Below, piece after piece: positions 46,456 to 55,928 of a stretch of DNA of 64,000 nucleotides. The number at the start of each line of letters is the position of its first letter. Positions within the stretch are counted from its first letter, which is position 1. The DNA is from an uncultured Burkholderiales bacterium (GTDB lineage: Bacteria; Pseudomonadota; Gammaproteobacteria; Burkholderiales; Burkholderiaceae_C): NCBI GenBank assembly GCA_903932865.1, contig CAIZHQ010000020.1, forward strand, positions 34,001-98,000, read 5' to 3'. Below the pieces are notes generated by a model. That model saw nothing but the letters and a program-made list of their open reading frames with translations. It had not been told where the DNA came from and ran no database searches. The position numbers were made by a program, and so were the translations under genes.

Positions 46456-47370
46456 ATGTACCAAGTTTTACGCCCTTCACAAAGTCTCTGGGTGCCGCTG
46501 CGCGGCTGTCGCTACCACGTCCGGCAATGGGGGAATCCCACACCCGGCACCACACCACTGGTGCTGGCGCATGGCTGGATGGATGTGGCCGCCTCCTGGC
46601 AGTTCATGGTGGACGCGTTCAGCCAAGCCTTTGTCAGCCATCGCCCCATCATTGCCATGGACTGGCGCGGCTACGGCCTGACCGAGGCGCCCGCCACCGA
46701 CAGTTATTGGTTCCCAGACTACCTCGCAGATCTGGACGCGCTGCTGGACACGCTTTACCCCGGCCAGAGCATCGACCTGGTGGGCCACAGCATGGGCGGC
46801 AACGTGGTCATGATGTACGCGGGGACCCGGCCCGAGCGCATTCGCCGCCTGGTCAATTTGGAGGGTTTTGGCATGCCCGCCACCCAACCGAGTCAAGCTC
46901 CCTCGCGCATGGCCCAGTGGCTGGACGAACTCAAGGCGCAGCGAGCAGGCAACAACGACCTCAAACCCTATGCCGACGCAGCGGGCGTTGCCGCGCGACT
47001 GATGAAAACCAACCGCCGCCTGAGCCAAGACAAGGCCGACTGGCTGGCCCTGCACTGGGCCCGCCCCGGCCCGGATGGACAGTGGTGCATCCTGGGAGAT
47101 TCGGCGCATAAGGTCATCAACCCCTACCTGTACCACGTCGAAGAGGCATTGGAAATGTACCGCCGCATCAGCGCCCCTGTGTTGTCCGTAGAGGCGGCAG
47201 ACGACTCGCTTGGCCAGTGGTGGAAAGGCCGTTACACCCTGGCCCAATACCATCAGCGACTGCAAGCGGTACCCCACCTGAAAAAAACGGTCATTCAGGA
47301 TGCAGGGCACATGCTGCAACACGACCAACCCAAAACTCTGGCCCATCTGATTGAAAAATTCAGTCACTGA
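46456..47370 (+). CDS. alpha/beta hydrolase
   Basis: ORF trimmed to MYQVLRPSQSLWVPLRGCRYHVRQWG (an alternative ATG is at 46444). It has HGWMD, the nucleophile elbow GHSMGG, and a C-terminal DAGHML. Confidence 0.85.
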   Translation: MYQVLRPSQSLWVPLRGCRYHVRQWGNPTPGTTPLVLAHGWMDVAASWQFMVDAFSQAFVSHRPIIAMDWRGYGLTEAPATDSYWFPDYLADLDALLDTLYPGQSIDLVGHSMGGNVVMMYAGTRPERIRRLVNLEGFGMPATQPSQAPSRMAQWLDELKAQRAGNNDLKPYADAAGVAARLMKTNRRLSQDKADWLALHWARPGPDGQWCILGDSAHKVINPYLYHVEEALEMYRRISAPVLSVEAADDSLGQWWKGRYTLAQYHQRLQAVPHLKKTVIQDAGHMLQHDQPKTLAHLIEKFSH

Positions 47371-47413
47371 AAAGCCCTAGAATCCAATCGTTTTATTTTG
47401 ATAACGATCCAAC

Positions 47414-47944
47414 ATGCAGGCCACGCACATCTCCCGTTTTTTTCTGATTGCATTTTTGTCGGCTTGCATGTCTTTGGCACAAGCTCAAAACAGCAACCGC
47501 TTTTGTCCAGACTTTTTGTCGGTCAAAGGGGCTCCCGAGCCTGCTCATCGGGGCGAGTTCACGTTTTCCCCTTACACCCACCACTGGAGTCAAAGCAAGG
47601 AACACAAACAGGTGGTTTTGGTGGCGATAGACGAACAATTGCCTGGCGATCGCTTGTGCGGTGTCAGCTTTTTCAGCAACTCCTTTGGGCAGCCCTCGGT
47701 GTATGTTTATGCAGGTCTGCAGTTCAACAACCTGATGGGTATGCCTGAACTGTTCGCCAAAGTCACGGGCGGCCTGATGTATGGCTACGTGGCCCCTTAC
47801 GAGGACAAGGTGCCTCTCAATTACAAGGGATTCAATCCGGCCATCATCCCAGCCTTGGGCTACAAGTTGACCCAGCACGACTCGGTTCAGCTCAAGTTTC
47901 TGGGCAGCGCCGGCCTGATGTTCTCTTACGGGCGGCAGTTTTAA
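47414..47944 (+). CDS. PagP-like small outer-membrane beta-barrel protein (lipid A palmitoyltransferase family, tentative)
   Basis: 176 aa with signal peptide MQATHISRFFLIAFLSACMSLAQA, then PYTHHWS, FFSNSFG and the C-terminal aromatic ending MFSYGRQF. It resembles E. coli PagP, as far as I recall that sequence. Confidence 0.55.
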   Translation: MQATHISRFFLIAFLSACMSLAQAQNSNRFCPDFLSVKGAPEPAHRGEFTFSPYTHHWSQSKEHKQVVLVAIDEQLPGDRLCGVSFFSNSFGQPSVYVYAGLQFNNLMGMPELFAKVTGGLMYGYVAPYEDKVPLNYKGFNPAIIPALGYKLTQHDSVQLKFLGSAGLMFSYGRQF

Positions 47945-48015
47945 GCCCTGGCGAAGGCATGCTCAACACCAACTCATGAGAAAATGATCGGTTTACTGAA
48001 CCGGACACCTTCCCC

Positions 48016-49120
48016 ATGGACGCAGAACACATCAACCAAATCGGCGCAACCCTCACAGACCTGACCGCTCGTACCCACGAGTTACGGGGGTATCTTTGAC
48101 TACGATGCCAAATCTGAACGGCTGAGAACCGTCAATGCATCGCTCGAAGATCCCACAGTTTGGAACGACCCCAAAAAAGCCCAAGAGCTGGGCAAAGAAA
48201 AAAAAGCTCTGGACGGCGTGGTGGTGACCATCACCAACCTGACCAGCGAATTGGCCGACAACCTTGAACTCTTTGAGATGAGCAAGGAAGATGGCGATGA
48301 CGATGGCCTGCTCACCATCGAAGCCGAAACCGCCAAACTGACAGCGCTGGTCGCAGACCTTGAGTTCCGCCGCATGTTCCGCCACGAGGCTGATCCGCTC
48401 AACTGCTTTGTCGACATCCAAGCGGGTGCAGGCGGAACCGAAGCCTGCGACTGGGCCAGCATGCTGCTGCGCCAGTACCTCAAGTACGCCGAACGCAAGG
48501 GCTTCAAGGCCACGGTGGAAGACGAAACTCCGGGCGACACCGCGGGCATCAAGGGCGCAACCATCAAGATCGAAGGCGAGTACGCGTTTGGCCTGCTGCG
48601 CACCGAAACCGGCGTGCACCGCCTGGTGCGAAAGAGCCCCTTCGACTCGTCGGGGGGTCGCCACACTTCGTTCGCCTCACTGTTTGTCTACCCCGAGATC
48701 GACGACTCGATTGAGATCAACATCAACCCGTCGGATGTGCGCACCGACACTTTCCGTGCCAGCGGCGCGGGCGGTCAGCACATCAACAAGACCGACTCGG
48801 CCGTGCGACTGACGCACATCCCCACCGGCATCGTGGTGCAGTGCCAAGACGGCCGCAGCCAGCACAGCAACCGCGATGTGGCCTGGCAGCGCCTGCGTTC
48901 GCGCCTGTACGACTTTGAGATGCGCAAGCGTTTGGAAGAACAGCAAAAGCTGGAAGACACCAAGACCGATGTGGGCTGGGGTCACCAGATCCGCAGCTAT
49001 GTGCTGGACAACAGCCGCATCAAGGATTTGCGCACCAACGTCGAAATTTCGGCCACCCAAAAGGTGCTCGATGGCGACCTCGATGCGTTCATCGAAGCCT
49101 CACTGAAACAAGGCCTCTGA
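48016..49120 (+). CDS. prfB: peptide chain release factor 2 (requires +1 programmed frameshift at 48094-48100)
   Basis: Frame 0 reads [27 protein letters not shown], then TGA. Shifting +1 over CTT TGA C continues [19 protein letters not shown]... into ORF 48218..49120. That ORF carries SPF (RKSPFDS) and GGQ ([11 protein letters not shown]). Confidence 0.95.
48086..48100 (+). other. prfB +1 frameshift site (internal SD-like GGGGG + CTT TGA C)
   Basis: The sequence GGGGGTATCTTTGAC matches the canonical RF2 autoregulatory recoding signal. Confidence 0.92.
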
Positions 49121-49153
49121 CCTGGTCAGGCCTCAACGAAAACGGAGTTAGTG

Positions 49154-51865
49154 ATGCGTGAAGGACAACCCACCGCGATCCACCGCGAGGCTTACACCGC
49201 CCCGGCTTTTTGGATCGATACCGTCGATCTCACCTTTGATCTGGACCCGGCCAAAACCCGTGTGCTCAACAAGATGCGCCTGCGCCGCAACCCCGATGTA
49301 GAGGCCCAGCCGCTGCGACTGGATGGCGAAGACCTCAATTTGGCCCGCGTGCTGGTCAACGGCGGCGGCACCTCGTTCAAGATGGACGGCCATCAGTTGG
49401 TACTGGAGAACTTGCCCGATGGCCACGAGCCCTTCGATCTGGAAATTTTCACCACCTGCAACCCCGAGAAGAACACCCAGCTGATGGGCTTGTATGTCAG
49501 CCAAGGCACCTTCTTCACGCAATGCGAGGCCGAGGGGTTTCGCCGCATCACCTATTTCCTGGACCGCCCGGACGTGATGGCCAGCTTCACCGTCACGCTG
49601 CGCGCTGACAAAGCCAAATACCCGGTGCTGCTGAGCAATGGCAATCTGGTCGAGCAAGGCACGCTGGAAGACGGACGCCACTCTGCCAAGTGGGTCGATC
49701 CGCACAAAAAGCCTTGCTACTTGTTCGCCCTGGTTGCGGGTCAGTTGGTGGCACGCGAACAGCGCATCTTGAGCCGCTCGGGTAAAGAGCACTTGCTGCA
49801 AGTGTTCGTGCGTCCCGGCGATCTGGACAAGACCGAACACGCGATGAACTCGCTCATGGCCAGCGTGGCTTGGGACGAAGCGCGCTTTGGCCTGCCGCTC
49901 GATTTAGAGCGGTTCATGATCGTCGCCACCAGCGACTTCAACATGGGCGCGATGGAAAACAAGGGCCTGAACATTTTCAACACCAAATACGTGTTGGCGA
50001 ACCCGGCCACAGCCACCGACATGGATTTTGGCAACATCGAATCGGTCGTCGGCCACGAATACTTCCACAACTGGACCGGCAACCGCATCACCTGCCGAGA
50101 CTGGTTCCAGCTCTCGCTCAAAGAGGGCCTGACGGTCTTTCGCGACCAGGAGTTCAGCCAGGACATGGCGGGCGACACCAGCGCCCGCGCCGTCAAACGC
50201 ATCGAAGACGTGCGCGTGCTGCGCACGGTGCAGTTTGCCGAAGACGCTGGCCCCATGGCCCACCCGGTGCGCCCGGACAGTTATGTCGAGATCAACAACT
50301 TCTACACCGTCACGATCTACGAAAAAGGCGCCGAAGTCGTCCGCATGATGCAGACCTTGGTGGCCACGCCCGCTGACAGCCAAGGCCGCGGCGGCTTTGC
50401 AAAAGGCATGAAGCTCTACTTTGGGCGCCACGATGGCCAGGCCGTGACCTGCGACGACTTTGCGCAAGCCATCGCTGATGCCAACCCCAACTCGGCCTTG
50501 GCGCACAACCTGTTGACCTTCAAACATTGGTACAGCCAAGCTGGCACGCCCCGCCTGAAAGTAACAGGACACTACAACGCCGCCGAGCGCAGCTACACGC
50601 TGAACTTAAGCCAAAGCTGCCCAGCAACACGTGATCAGGAACACAAATCGCCATTAGTGATACCCATCACCATGGGCCTGATCAGCCGCGATGGCCAAGC
50701 TCTGCCCTTGCAACTGGCCGGATCTGACGATTCCGCGCTGCAGCACACGTTGGTGCTGACCGAAGCCAGTTCCAGCCACACCTTTGTCGGCATCAGCAGC
50801 GACCCCGTTCCCTCTTTGCTGCGGGGCTTCAGTGCCCCAGTGGTACTGGAAGACGGATTGCCTGCAGAAGACTTGCTGATTTTGTTGGCCCACGACAGTG
50901 ACCCCTTCAACCAATGGGAAGCTGGCCAGCGCCTGATGCTGCAAAGCGCCCTCGATGCCATCCAGCAAAACAAAGACTTGACCGGTATTCCTGTGTTGTC
51001 CGAGGCCCTGGTAGCGGCACTGCGCAACGTCCTGCGCCACCCTCAACTGGACGCCGCATTCAAGGACCTGGCGCTCACATTGCCCTCAGAAAATTACATC
51101 GCTGACCAGCTGGATGTGGTGGACCCGCAGCGCGTGCACGCTCTGCGCGAAAACATGCGTCTGCAATTGGCCACCGCGCTGCAAGCCGACTGGCAGTGGG
51201 CTTGGGACGCTCACAAGAACAACGGCGCCTATTCGCCCGATGCCCAATCCAGCGGCCGACGCGCTCTGGGGGGTCTGGCCATGACCATGCTGTGTATCGC
51301 CGCCGTGCAAACCGGCGATTCTGTGACGCCTGACCGTGTCTTTCAGCAGTTCAAGGACGCCGGCAACATGACCGACCGCTTCAATGCCTTGTCGGCGCTG
51401 GTGGTGAGCGGCCATGCCCTCGCGCAAGAGGCCCTGGTCCTCTTCCACAAACTGTTCCAACAGGAGGCCTTGGTCATCGACAAATGGTTTGCCCTTCAAG
51501 CCGGCGCCCCTGACCGCGCAGGCGACATCCTGCCGCGGGTGCGCCACCTGATGCAACATGCCGACTTCAGCCTGCTCAACCCCAACCGCGCTCGCAGTCT
51601 GATTTTCAGCTACTGCAGCGCCAACCCGGCAGGTTTTCACCGAGCCGATGCCGCAGGCTATGTGTATTGGAGCGAGCAGGTGCTGGCGCTCGATGCCATC
51701 AACCCGCAAGTGGCCGCACGCTTGGCTCGCGCCATGGACCGCTGGAGCCGCCTGGCCGAGCCCTACCGCAGCGCGGCCAAAGTCGCCATCGAGCGCGTGG
51801 CCGCCAAAGCCGACCTGTCGAACGATGTGCGCGAAGTGATCAACCGCGCCTTGGGTGTGGCTTGA
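49154..51865 (+). CDS. pepN: aminopeptidase N
   Basis: About 903 aa with GAMENKG and the zinc motif HEYFHNWTGNR ... LKEGLTVF. I use ATG 49154; the ORF-track start at 49151 is GTG. Confidence 0.95.
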   Translation: MREGQPTAIHREAYTAPAFWIDTVDLTFDLDPAKTRVLNKMRLRRNPDVEAQPLRLDGEDLNLARVLVNGGGTSFKMDGHQLVLENLPDGHEPFDLEIFTTCNPEKNTQLMGLYVSQGTFFTQCEAEGFRRITYFLDRPDVMASFTVTLRADKAKYPVLLSNGNLVEQGTLEDGRHSAKWVDPHKKPCYLFALVAGQLVAREQRILSRSGKEHLLQVFVRPGDLDKTEHAMNSLMASVAWDEARFGLPLDLERFMIVATSDFNMGAMENKGLNIFNTKYVLANPATATDMDFGNIESVVGHEYFHNWTGNRITCRDWFQLSLKEGLTVFRDQEFSQDMAGDTSARAVKRIEDVRVLRTVQFAEDAGPMAHPVRPDSYVEINNFYTVTIYEKGAEVVRMMQTLVATPADSQGRGGFAKGMKLYFGRHDGQAVTCDDFAQAIADANPNSALAHNLLTFKHWYSQAGTPRLKVTGHYNAAERSYTLNLSQSCPATRDQEHKSPLVIPITMGLISRDGQALPLQLAGSDDSALQHTLVLTEASSSHTFVGISSDPVPSLLRGFSAPVVLEDGLPAEDLLILLAHDSDPFNQWEAGQRLMLQSALDAIQQNKDLTGIPVLSEALVAALRNVLRHPQLDAAFKDLALTLPSENYIADQLDVVDPQRVHALRENMRLQLATALQADWQWAWDAHKNNGAYSPDAQSSGRRALGGLAMTMLCIAAVQTGDSVTPDRVFQQFKDAGNMTDRFNALSALVVSGHALAQEALVLFHKLFQQEALVIDKWFALQAGAPDRAGDILPRVRHLMQHADFSLLNPNRARSLIFSYCSANPAGFHRADAAGYVYWSEQVLALDAINPQVAARLARAMDRWSRLAEPYRSAAKVAIERVAAKADLSNDVREVINRALGVA

Positions 51866-51901
51866 AGTGAAGCACTTGACTTCGACACCAGAATCCAAGG
51901 A

Positions 51902-52915
51902 ATGAACATGAGCAGCAAAATTTCCCTGTCCCGCTACCTGGTGGAGCAGCAACGCGACAAAGGCCACATTCCAGCGGACCTGCGTTTGTTGCTCGAAGTG
52001 GTGGCCCGCGCCTGCAAAAGCATCAGCCACGCCGTCAACAAAGGCGCTTTGGGTGGTGTGCTGGGCAGCGCTGAAAGCGAAAACGTACAAGGCGAAGTGC
52101 AAAAAAAACTCGACATCATCGCCAATGAAGTGCTGCTCGAAGCCAACGAATGGGGTGGACACCTCGCGGCGATGGCCTCTGAAGAAATGGACAGCATCTA
52201 CCTGGTGCCCAACCGCTACCCGCAAGGTGAATACCTGCTGCTGTTTGATCCTTTGGACGGATCGTCCAACATCGATGTGAACGTCAGCATCGGCACCATT
52301 TTCAGCGTGCTCAAAAAACCCGAAGACAGCCAAGGTGTGACCGAGCAGGATTTTTTGCAACCCGGCAAGAAACAGGTGGCGGCAGGTTACTGCGTGTACG
52401 GCCCGCAAACCACCTTGGTGCTCACCGTGGGCGATGGCGTGGCCATGTTCACCCTTGACCGCGAGCAAGGCTCGTTCATGCTCACACAAGAAAACGTGCA
52501 AGTTCCCGTTGACACCAAAGAGTTTGCCATCAACATGAGCAACATGCGCCACTGGGACGAACCCGTGCGCCGCTACATTGATGAATGCCTGCAGGGCAAA
52601 GAAGGCCCGCGTGGCAAGGACTTCAACATGCGCTGGATCGCCAGCATGGTGGCCGACGTTCACCGCATCCTGACGCGTGGCGGGGTCTTCATGTACCCCT
52701 GGGACAAGCGCGAACCCCACAAACCCGGCAAGCTGCGCCTGCTGTACGAAGCCAACCCCATGAGCTGGCTGATCGAACAAGCCGGAGGGGCATCCACCAA
52801 TGGCAAAGAGCGCATTCTGGATCTGCAACCGGGCCAGCTGCACGAGCGGGTGAGCGTGATCCTGGGCTCCAAAAACGAAGTTGAGCGCGTGACCCAATTC
52901 CACGCCAAAGCTTGA
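51902..52915 (+). CDS. fbp: class 1 fructose-1,6-bisphosphatase
   Basis: 337 aa with [22 protein letters not shown] and [11 protein letters not shown]. The second ATG at 51908 has better spacing from AAGGA. Confidence 0.95.
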   Translation: MNMSSKISLSRYLVEQQRDKGHIPADLRLLLEVVARACKSISHAVNKGALGGVLGSAESENVQGEVQKKLDIIANEVLLEANEWGGHLAAMASEEMDSIYLVPNRYPQGEYLLLFDPLDGSSNIDVNVSIGTIFSVLKKPEDSQGVTEQDFLQPGKKQVAAGYCVYGPQTTLVLTVGDGVAMFTLDREQGSFMLTQENVQVPVDTKEFAINMSNMRHWDEPVRRYIDECLQGKEGPRGKDFNMRWIASMVADVHRILTRGGVFMYPWDKREPHKPGKLRLLYEANPMSWLIEQAGGASTNGKERILDLQPGQLHERVSVILGSKNEVERVTQFHAKA

Positions 52916-53171
52916 TTCTTGCTGGCCACGGCACAAGGTTCCGTCAGGCTTGCAAGTCGACTGGGTCAATTGCTTGACCGCACTGTCCCGGAACACCTGA
53001 ACAAACTGCAGAGAAACAGGCCGAGAAAAAGAAGTCTGGACGAGGCAAAAAAACCCCTCCGAGGAGTGGCTGCTTCATGAAACGGATGACCAAGAGCGTC
53101 CAAAAAAATCTGGGGGAGGCCCAACTCGCCTCATGCCCGCAAGTCACAGTCGCTCGGATCTGTCGCCCGGA

Positions 53172-54086
53172 TCAGTCGTCCAGATCAGGCGGCAAACCAT
53201 CGCCCGCGACTGGCGCAGGGGCCGCAGGCTCTGTCACCACCTGGCGCAAGGTTTCACGCAGCATTTTTTTCTCGGGCAAGCTCAAGGCGCGGGCCAGTCG
53301 CTGGCGCATGCGCAACAAAAGCTGGCGGTCCACTTCTTGCGGAATGCCCCGGCTGATCTGTAAAGCGTCGCGCAGGTCTTCACGCAAGTCCTCGGGCTCT
53401 TCGGCCCACCAAGCGGTGATGACCTCGTGCATCGACTTGCGCAGCTCTTCCACGTCTTCCACAGCCAGGCTCATCCCAGTGGACAGCTTGCCTTGCAGCA
53501 TATCGGCCAAGGCTTGCGAATTGACGACCACGCGGCGGTCGGCCTGGGCCAGCAAACGGGCCCAGCCCGGGTCAGTGCGCACCATTTGCGGCATGTTGCG
53601 GGCCGACTCGTCAGCCAACAGGTGCACGCTCAAGCCGCTGAGTTGGGCTTCATCGATGGTGGCCAAAAAGCGCTCGTCGTCGCTGGCCACCAGCACATGG
53701 TCACAAGCGTGGTGATCGGCCAGTTGTTTGAGGTCGTGACCCAGCGAGCGCAACAAAGACGCACCACCATCGGCATCGTGGGTCTGCACCAGGCGCACGA
53801 TCTGATCGTCGATCACGAGGCCATCCGATCGGTCGCTGTACCAATAGATGCGGCGCAAATCCACATCCAGCGCCGCGTGTGAGAGGGCCTGAGCCAACAA
53901 GCTGATCAAACCCTGGCGGTTGACCGATTCGCCGGTGGCCCCGGTCGCGCCTTGCTGGGCCAGCCAGATCAAGAATCGGCCGTCGATCAAAGCCATGCAG
54001 GTGCCCCCACGGTGTTCGCCAAAGCGGCGCTCGGAACGGGTGTCGGGAGAGAAATAATCGCGTTTCATGAAATGACTTGTATCCAT
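53172..54086 (-). CDS. hypothetical protein with NYN/LabA-like N-domain (tentative) and acidic helical C-terminal extension
   Basis: 304-aa ORF with MALIDGRFL, YWYSD and VLVASDDERFLATIDEAQLSGLSVHLL. These resemble the NYN pattern (IDG.N ... SgDsDf ... G..V). Possible starts are 54086, 54068 or 53996 (the last is preceded by GGGGG). Confidence 0.75.
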   Translation of the reverse strand: MDTSHFMKRDYFSPDTRSERRFGEHRGGTCMALIDGRFLIWLAQQGATGATGESVNRQGLISLLAQALSHAALDVDLRRIYWYSDRSDGLVIDDQIVRLVQTHDADGGASLLRSLGHDLKQLADHHACDHVLVASDDERFLATIDEAQLSGLSVHLLADESARNMPQMVRTDPGWARLLAQADRRVVVNSQALADMLQGKLSTGMSLAVEDVEELRKSMHEVITAWWAEEPEDLREDLRDALQISRGIPQEVDRQLLLRMRQRLARALSLPEKKMLRETLRQVVTEPAAPAPVAGDGLPPDLDD

Positions 54087-54216
54087 ATGAATAAGAACAG
54101 TAACGTTGCTAAATAGGGCAACCCATCCATTTTACGGCCAGGGCTCAGTGTGCTGGGGCCACGGCCGCCAACAGTGCCGCGCCAGCGTCCATGCCCTTGT
54201 GGGTTATAAACACCGA

Positions 54217-54942
54217 GTGTCCAAAAATCCACGCTTTGATCCACGACAAGTCCCGGTTTGGCAAATCGACCACGACATGCCCGCTGTGCCGACTGCTTTT
54301 TTGCAGCCCGAAGCCCTGAAGGCCCGGTTTGAGCTGCCGCCTGTGTGGCAACCTGAAGTGGTGCGCGAAAGCTTCACCTCTGACCGCCCCCCTGCTCAGG
54401 CGGCGGTGTTGGTGCCCATTGTGATGCGAGGGCCGCAAGCTTCGTCGCCCACGGTGCTGCTGACGCGCCGCGCCGCGCACATGAATACCCATTCGGGACA
54501 GATTGCCTTTCCCGGCGGCAAGGTAGACCCCGAGGACGCCAACATGCCAGCCACCGCTTTGCGCGAGGCCGAAGAGGAAGTAGGCTTGTCGGCCCGTCAC
54601 GTGGAGGTCATTGGCGAGTTGCCGGTTTACATCACAGGCACTTCGTTCTGGGTGACGCCGGTGATAGGCCTGGTCTCGCCCGATTTCGAGCTGCGCCTCA
54701 ATGCCGACGAAGTGGCGGATGTGTTTGAGGTGCCTTTGTCTTTTTTGATGAATCCAGCCAACCACCGGCGACATGCCTTCGAGTGGCAAGGGTCTCAGCG
54801 ACAATGGTTTTCCATGCCGTATGAGGAGCGTCGAACCGCTCCCAATGGCGAAGTCCAAGTGGTGGAACATTTCATCTGGGGTGCCACGGCCGGGATGCTT
54901 CGCAATTTTTACCGCTTCCTGGCTGCCAACCCGTCAACATGA
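54217..54942 (+). CDS. CoA pyrophosphatase (Nudix hydrolase, NudL type)
   Basis: It has the CoA motif LLTRRAAHMNTHSGQIAFPGG followed by the Nudix box GKVDPEDANMPATALREAEEEVG. The start is uncertain (GTG 54217 or ATG 54277; the ORF is open from 54106). Confidence 0.85.
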   Translation: MSKNPRFDPRQVPVWQIDHDMPAVPTAFLQPEALKARFELPPVWQPEVVRESFTSDRPPAQAAVLVPIVMRGPQASSPTVLLTRRAAHMNTHSGQIAFPGGKVDPEDANMPATALREAEEEVGLSARHVEVIGELPVYITGTSFWVTPVIGLVSPDFELRLNADEVADVFEVPLSFLMNPANHRRHAFEWQGSQRQWFSMPYEERRTAPNGEVQVVEHFIWGATAGMLRNFYRFLAANPST

Positions 54943-54949
54943 GAATGCC

Positions 54950-55915
54950 ATGAGTTTTTTTGCCATCTTGCTGGCCCTGGTGCTGGAGCAAGCCCGCCCC
55001 CTCAAGACCGACAACCAGGTCTTTGCCGCGGTCGAGCAATGGACTGCCTGGGTGGTGCGCACCTTCGACGCAGGCACCCGTCCACAGGCTTGGGTGACAT
55101 GGGGCATCACCGTTTTGTCCCCCGCCTTGCTGGCCGTGCTCTTGCATTGGTTGCTCGGTTGGACGCTGGGCTGGTGGGTGGCTGTGCTGTGGAATGTGGC
55201 CCTGCTGTATGCGACGCTGGGTTTCAGACAATTCAGCCACCACTTCACCGGCATCCGCGAAGCCCTGGAAAACGGCGACGAAGACAAAGCCCGCGAGTTA
55301 TTGGCGCAATGGCAGCAGGTGCAGGTGGGGCAAATTCCACGCAGCGAAATCGTTCGGCACGTGATCGAGTACTCGGTGATCGCCGCGCACCGCCATGTGT
55401 TCGGGGTGTTTTTTTGGTACGCCGCCCTGTCCATCATCGGCCTGGGGCCCGTAGGCGCGGTGATTTACCGCCTGACAGAATTCACCCAACGCCGCTGGCA
55501 AGCACCTTCAGCCGATGGCTCTTTGCCCAGCATGGTGTTGCGCTCCGTCTCGACAAGGGCGTGGCAGGCAGTGGACTGGTTGCCGGCGCAAATGACCGCC
55601 TTGGGCTTTGCCATCATGGGCAGCTTTGAAGACGCCATGGACGGCTGGCGGCAACATGCGCAAAATTTTCCGCAAGACAACGATGGGGTGATCCTGGCGG
55701 CCACGGCAGGGGCCATCAACATCCGTTTGGGTGGCGCTGCTTTGCAACCCGTGGCCGAGGGCATGGCAACGCCCGACAACCAGGACAGCAGCAGTACCCC
55801 CGGGCGCGTGGCCAGCGTGGCCCACTTTGCCCAAGTGGTAGGCCTGGTCTGGCGGACGGTCATCATGTGGCTGGTGCTGGTGGCCTTGCTCACCATGGCC
55901 AATTTAGTCGGCTAA
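54950..55915 (+). CDS. CobD/CbiB-family (AmpE-like) integral membrane protein
   Basis: ORF trimmed to MSFFAILLALVLEQARPL. It is polytopic and the family assignment is by eye only. Confidence 0.7.
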   Translation: MSFFAILLALVLEQARPLKTDNQVFAAVEQWTAWVVRTFDAGTRPQAWVTWGITVLSPALLAVLLHWLLGWTLGWWVAVLWNVALLYATLGFRQFSHHFTGIREALENGDEDKARELLAQWQQVQVGQIPRSEIVRHVIEYSVIAAHRHVFGVFFWYAALSIIGLGPVGAVIYRLTEFTQRRWQAPSADGSLPSMVLRSVSTRAWQAVDWLPAQMTALGFAIMGSFEDAMDGWRQHAQNFPQDNDGVILAATAGAINIRLGGAALQPVAEGMATPDNQDSSSTPGRVASVAHFAQVVGLVWRTVIMWLVLVALLTMANLVG

Positions 55916-55928
55916 GGCGCCCTGCCCT

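Noticed and set aside
52944-53078. A small Cys-containing minus-strand ORF (MKQPLLGGVFLPRPDFFFSACFSAVCSGVPGQCGQAIDPVDLQA) in the fbp/NYN spacer.
   Set aside because: It has no SD, an odd composition and no recognisable family. It is part of a 67-aa track ORF that is probably a chance ORF. It is retained only as part of the spacer observation.
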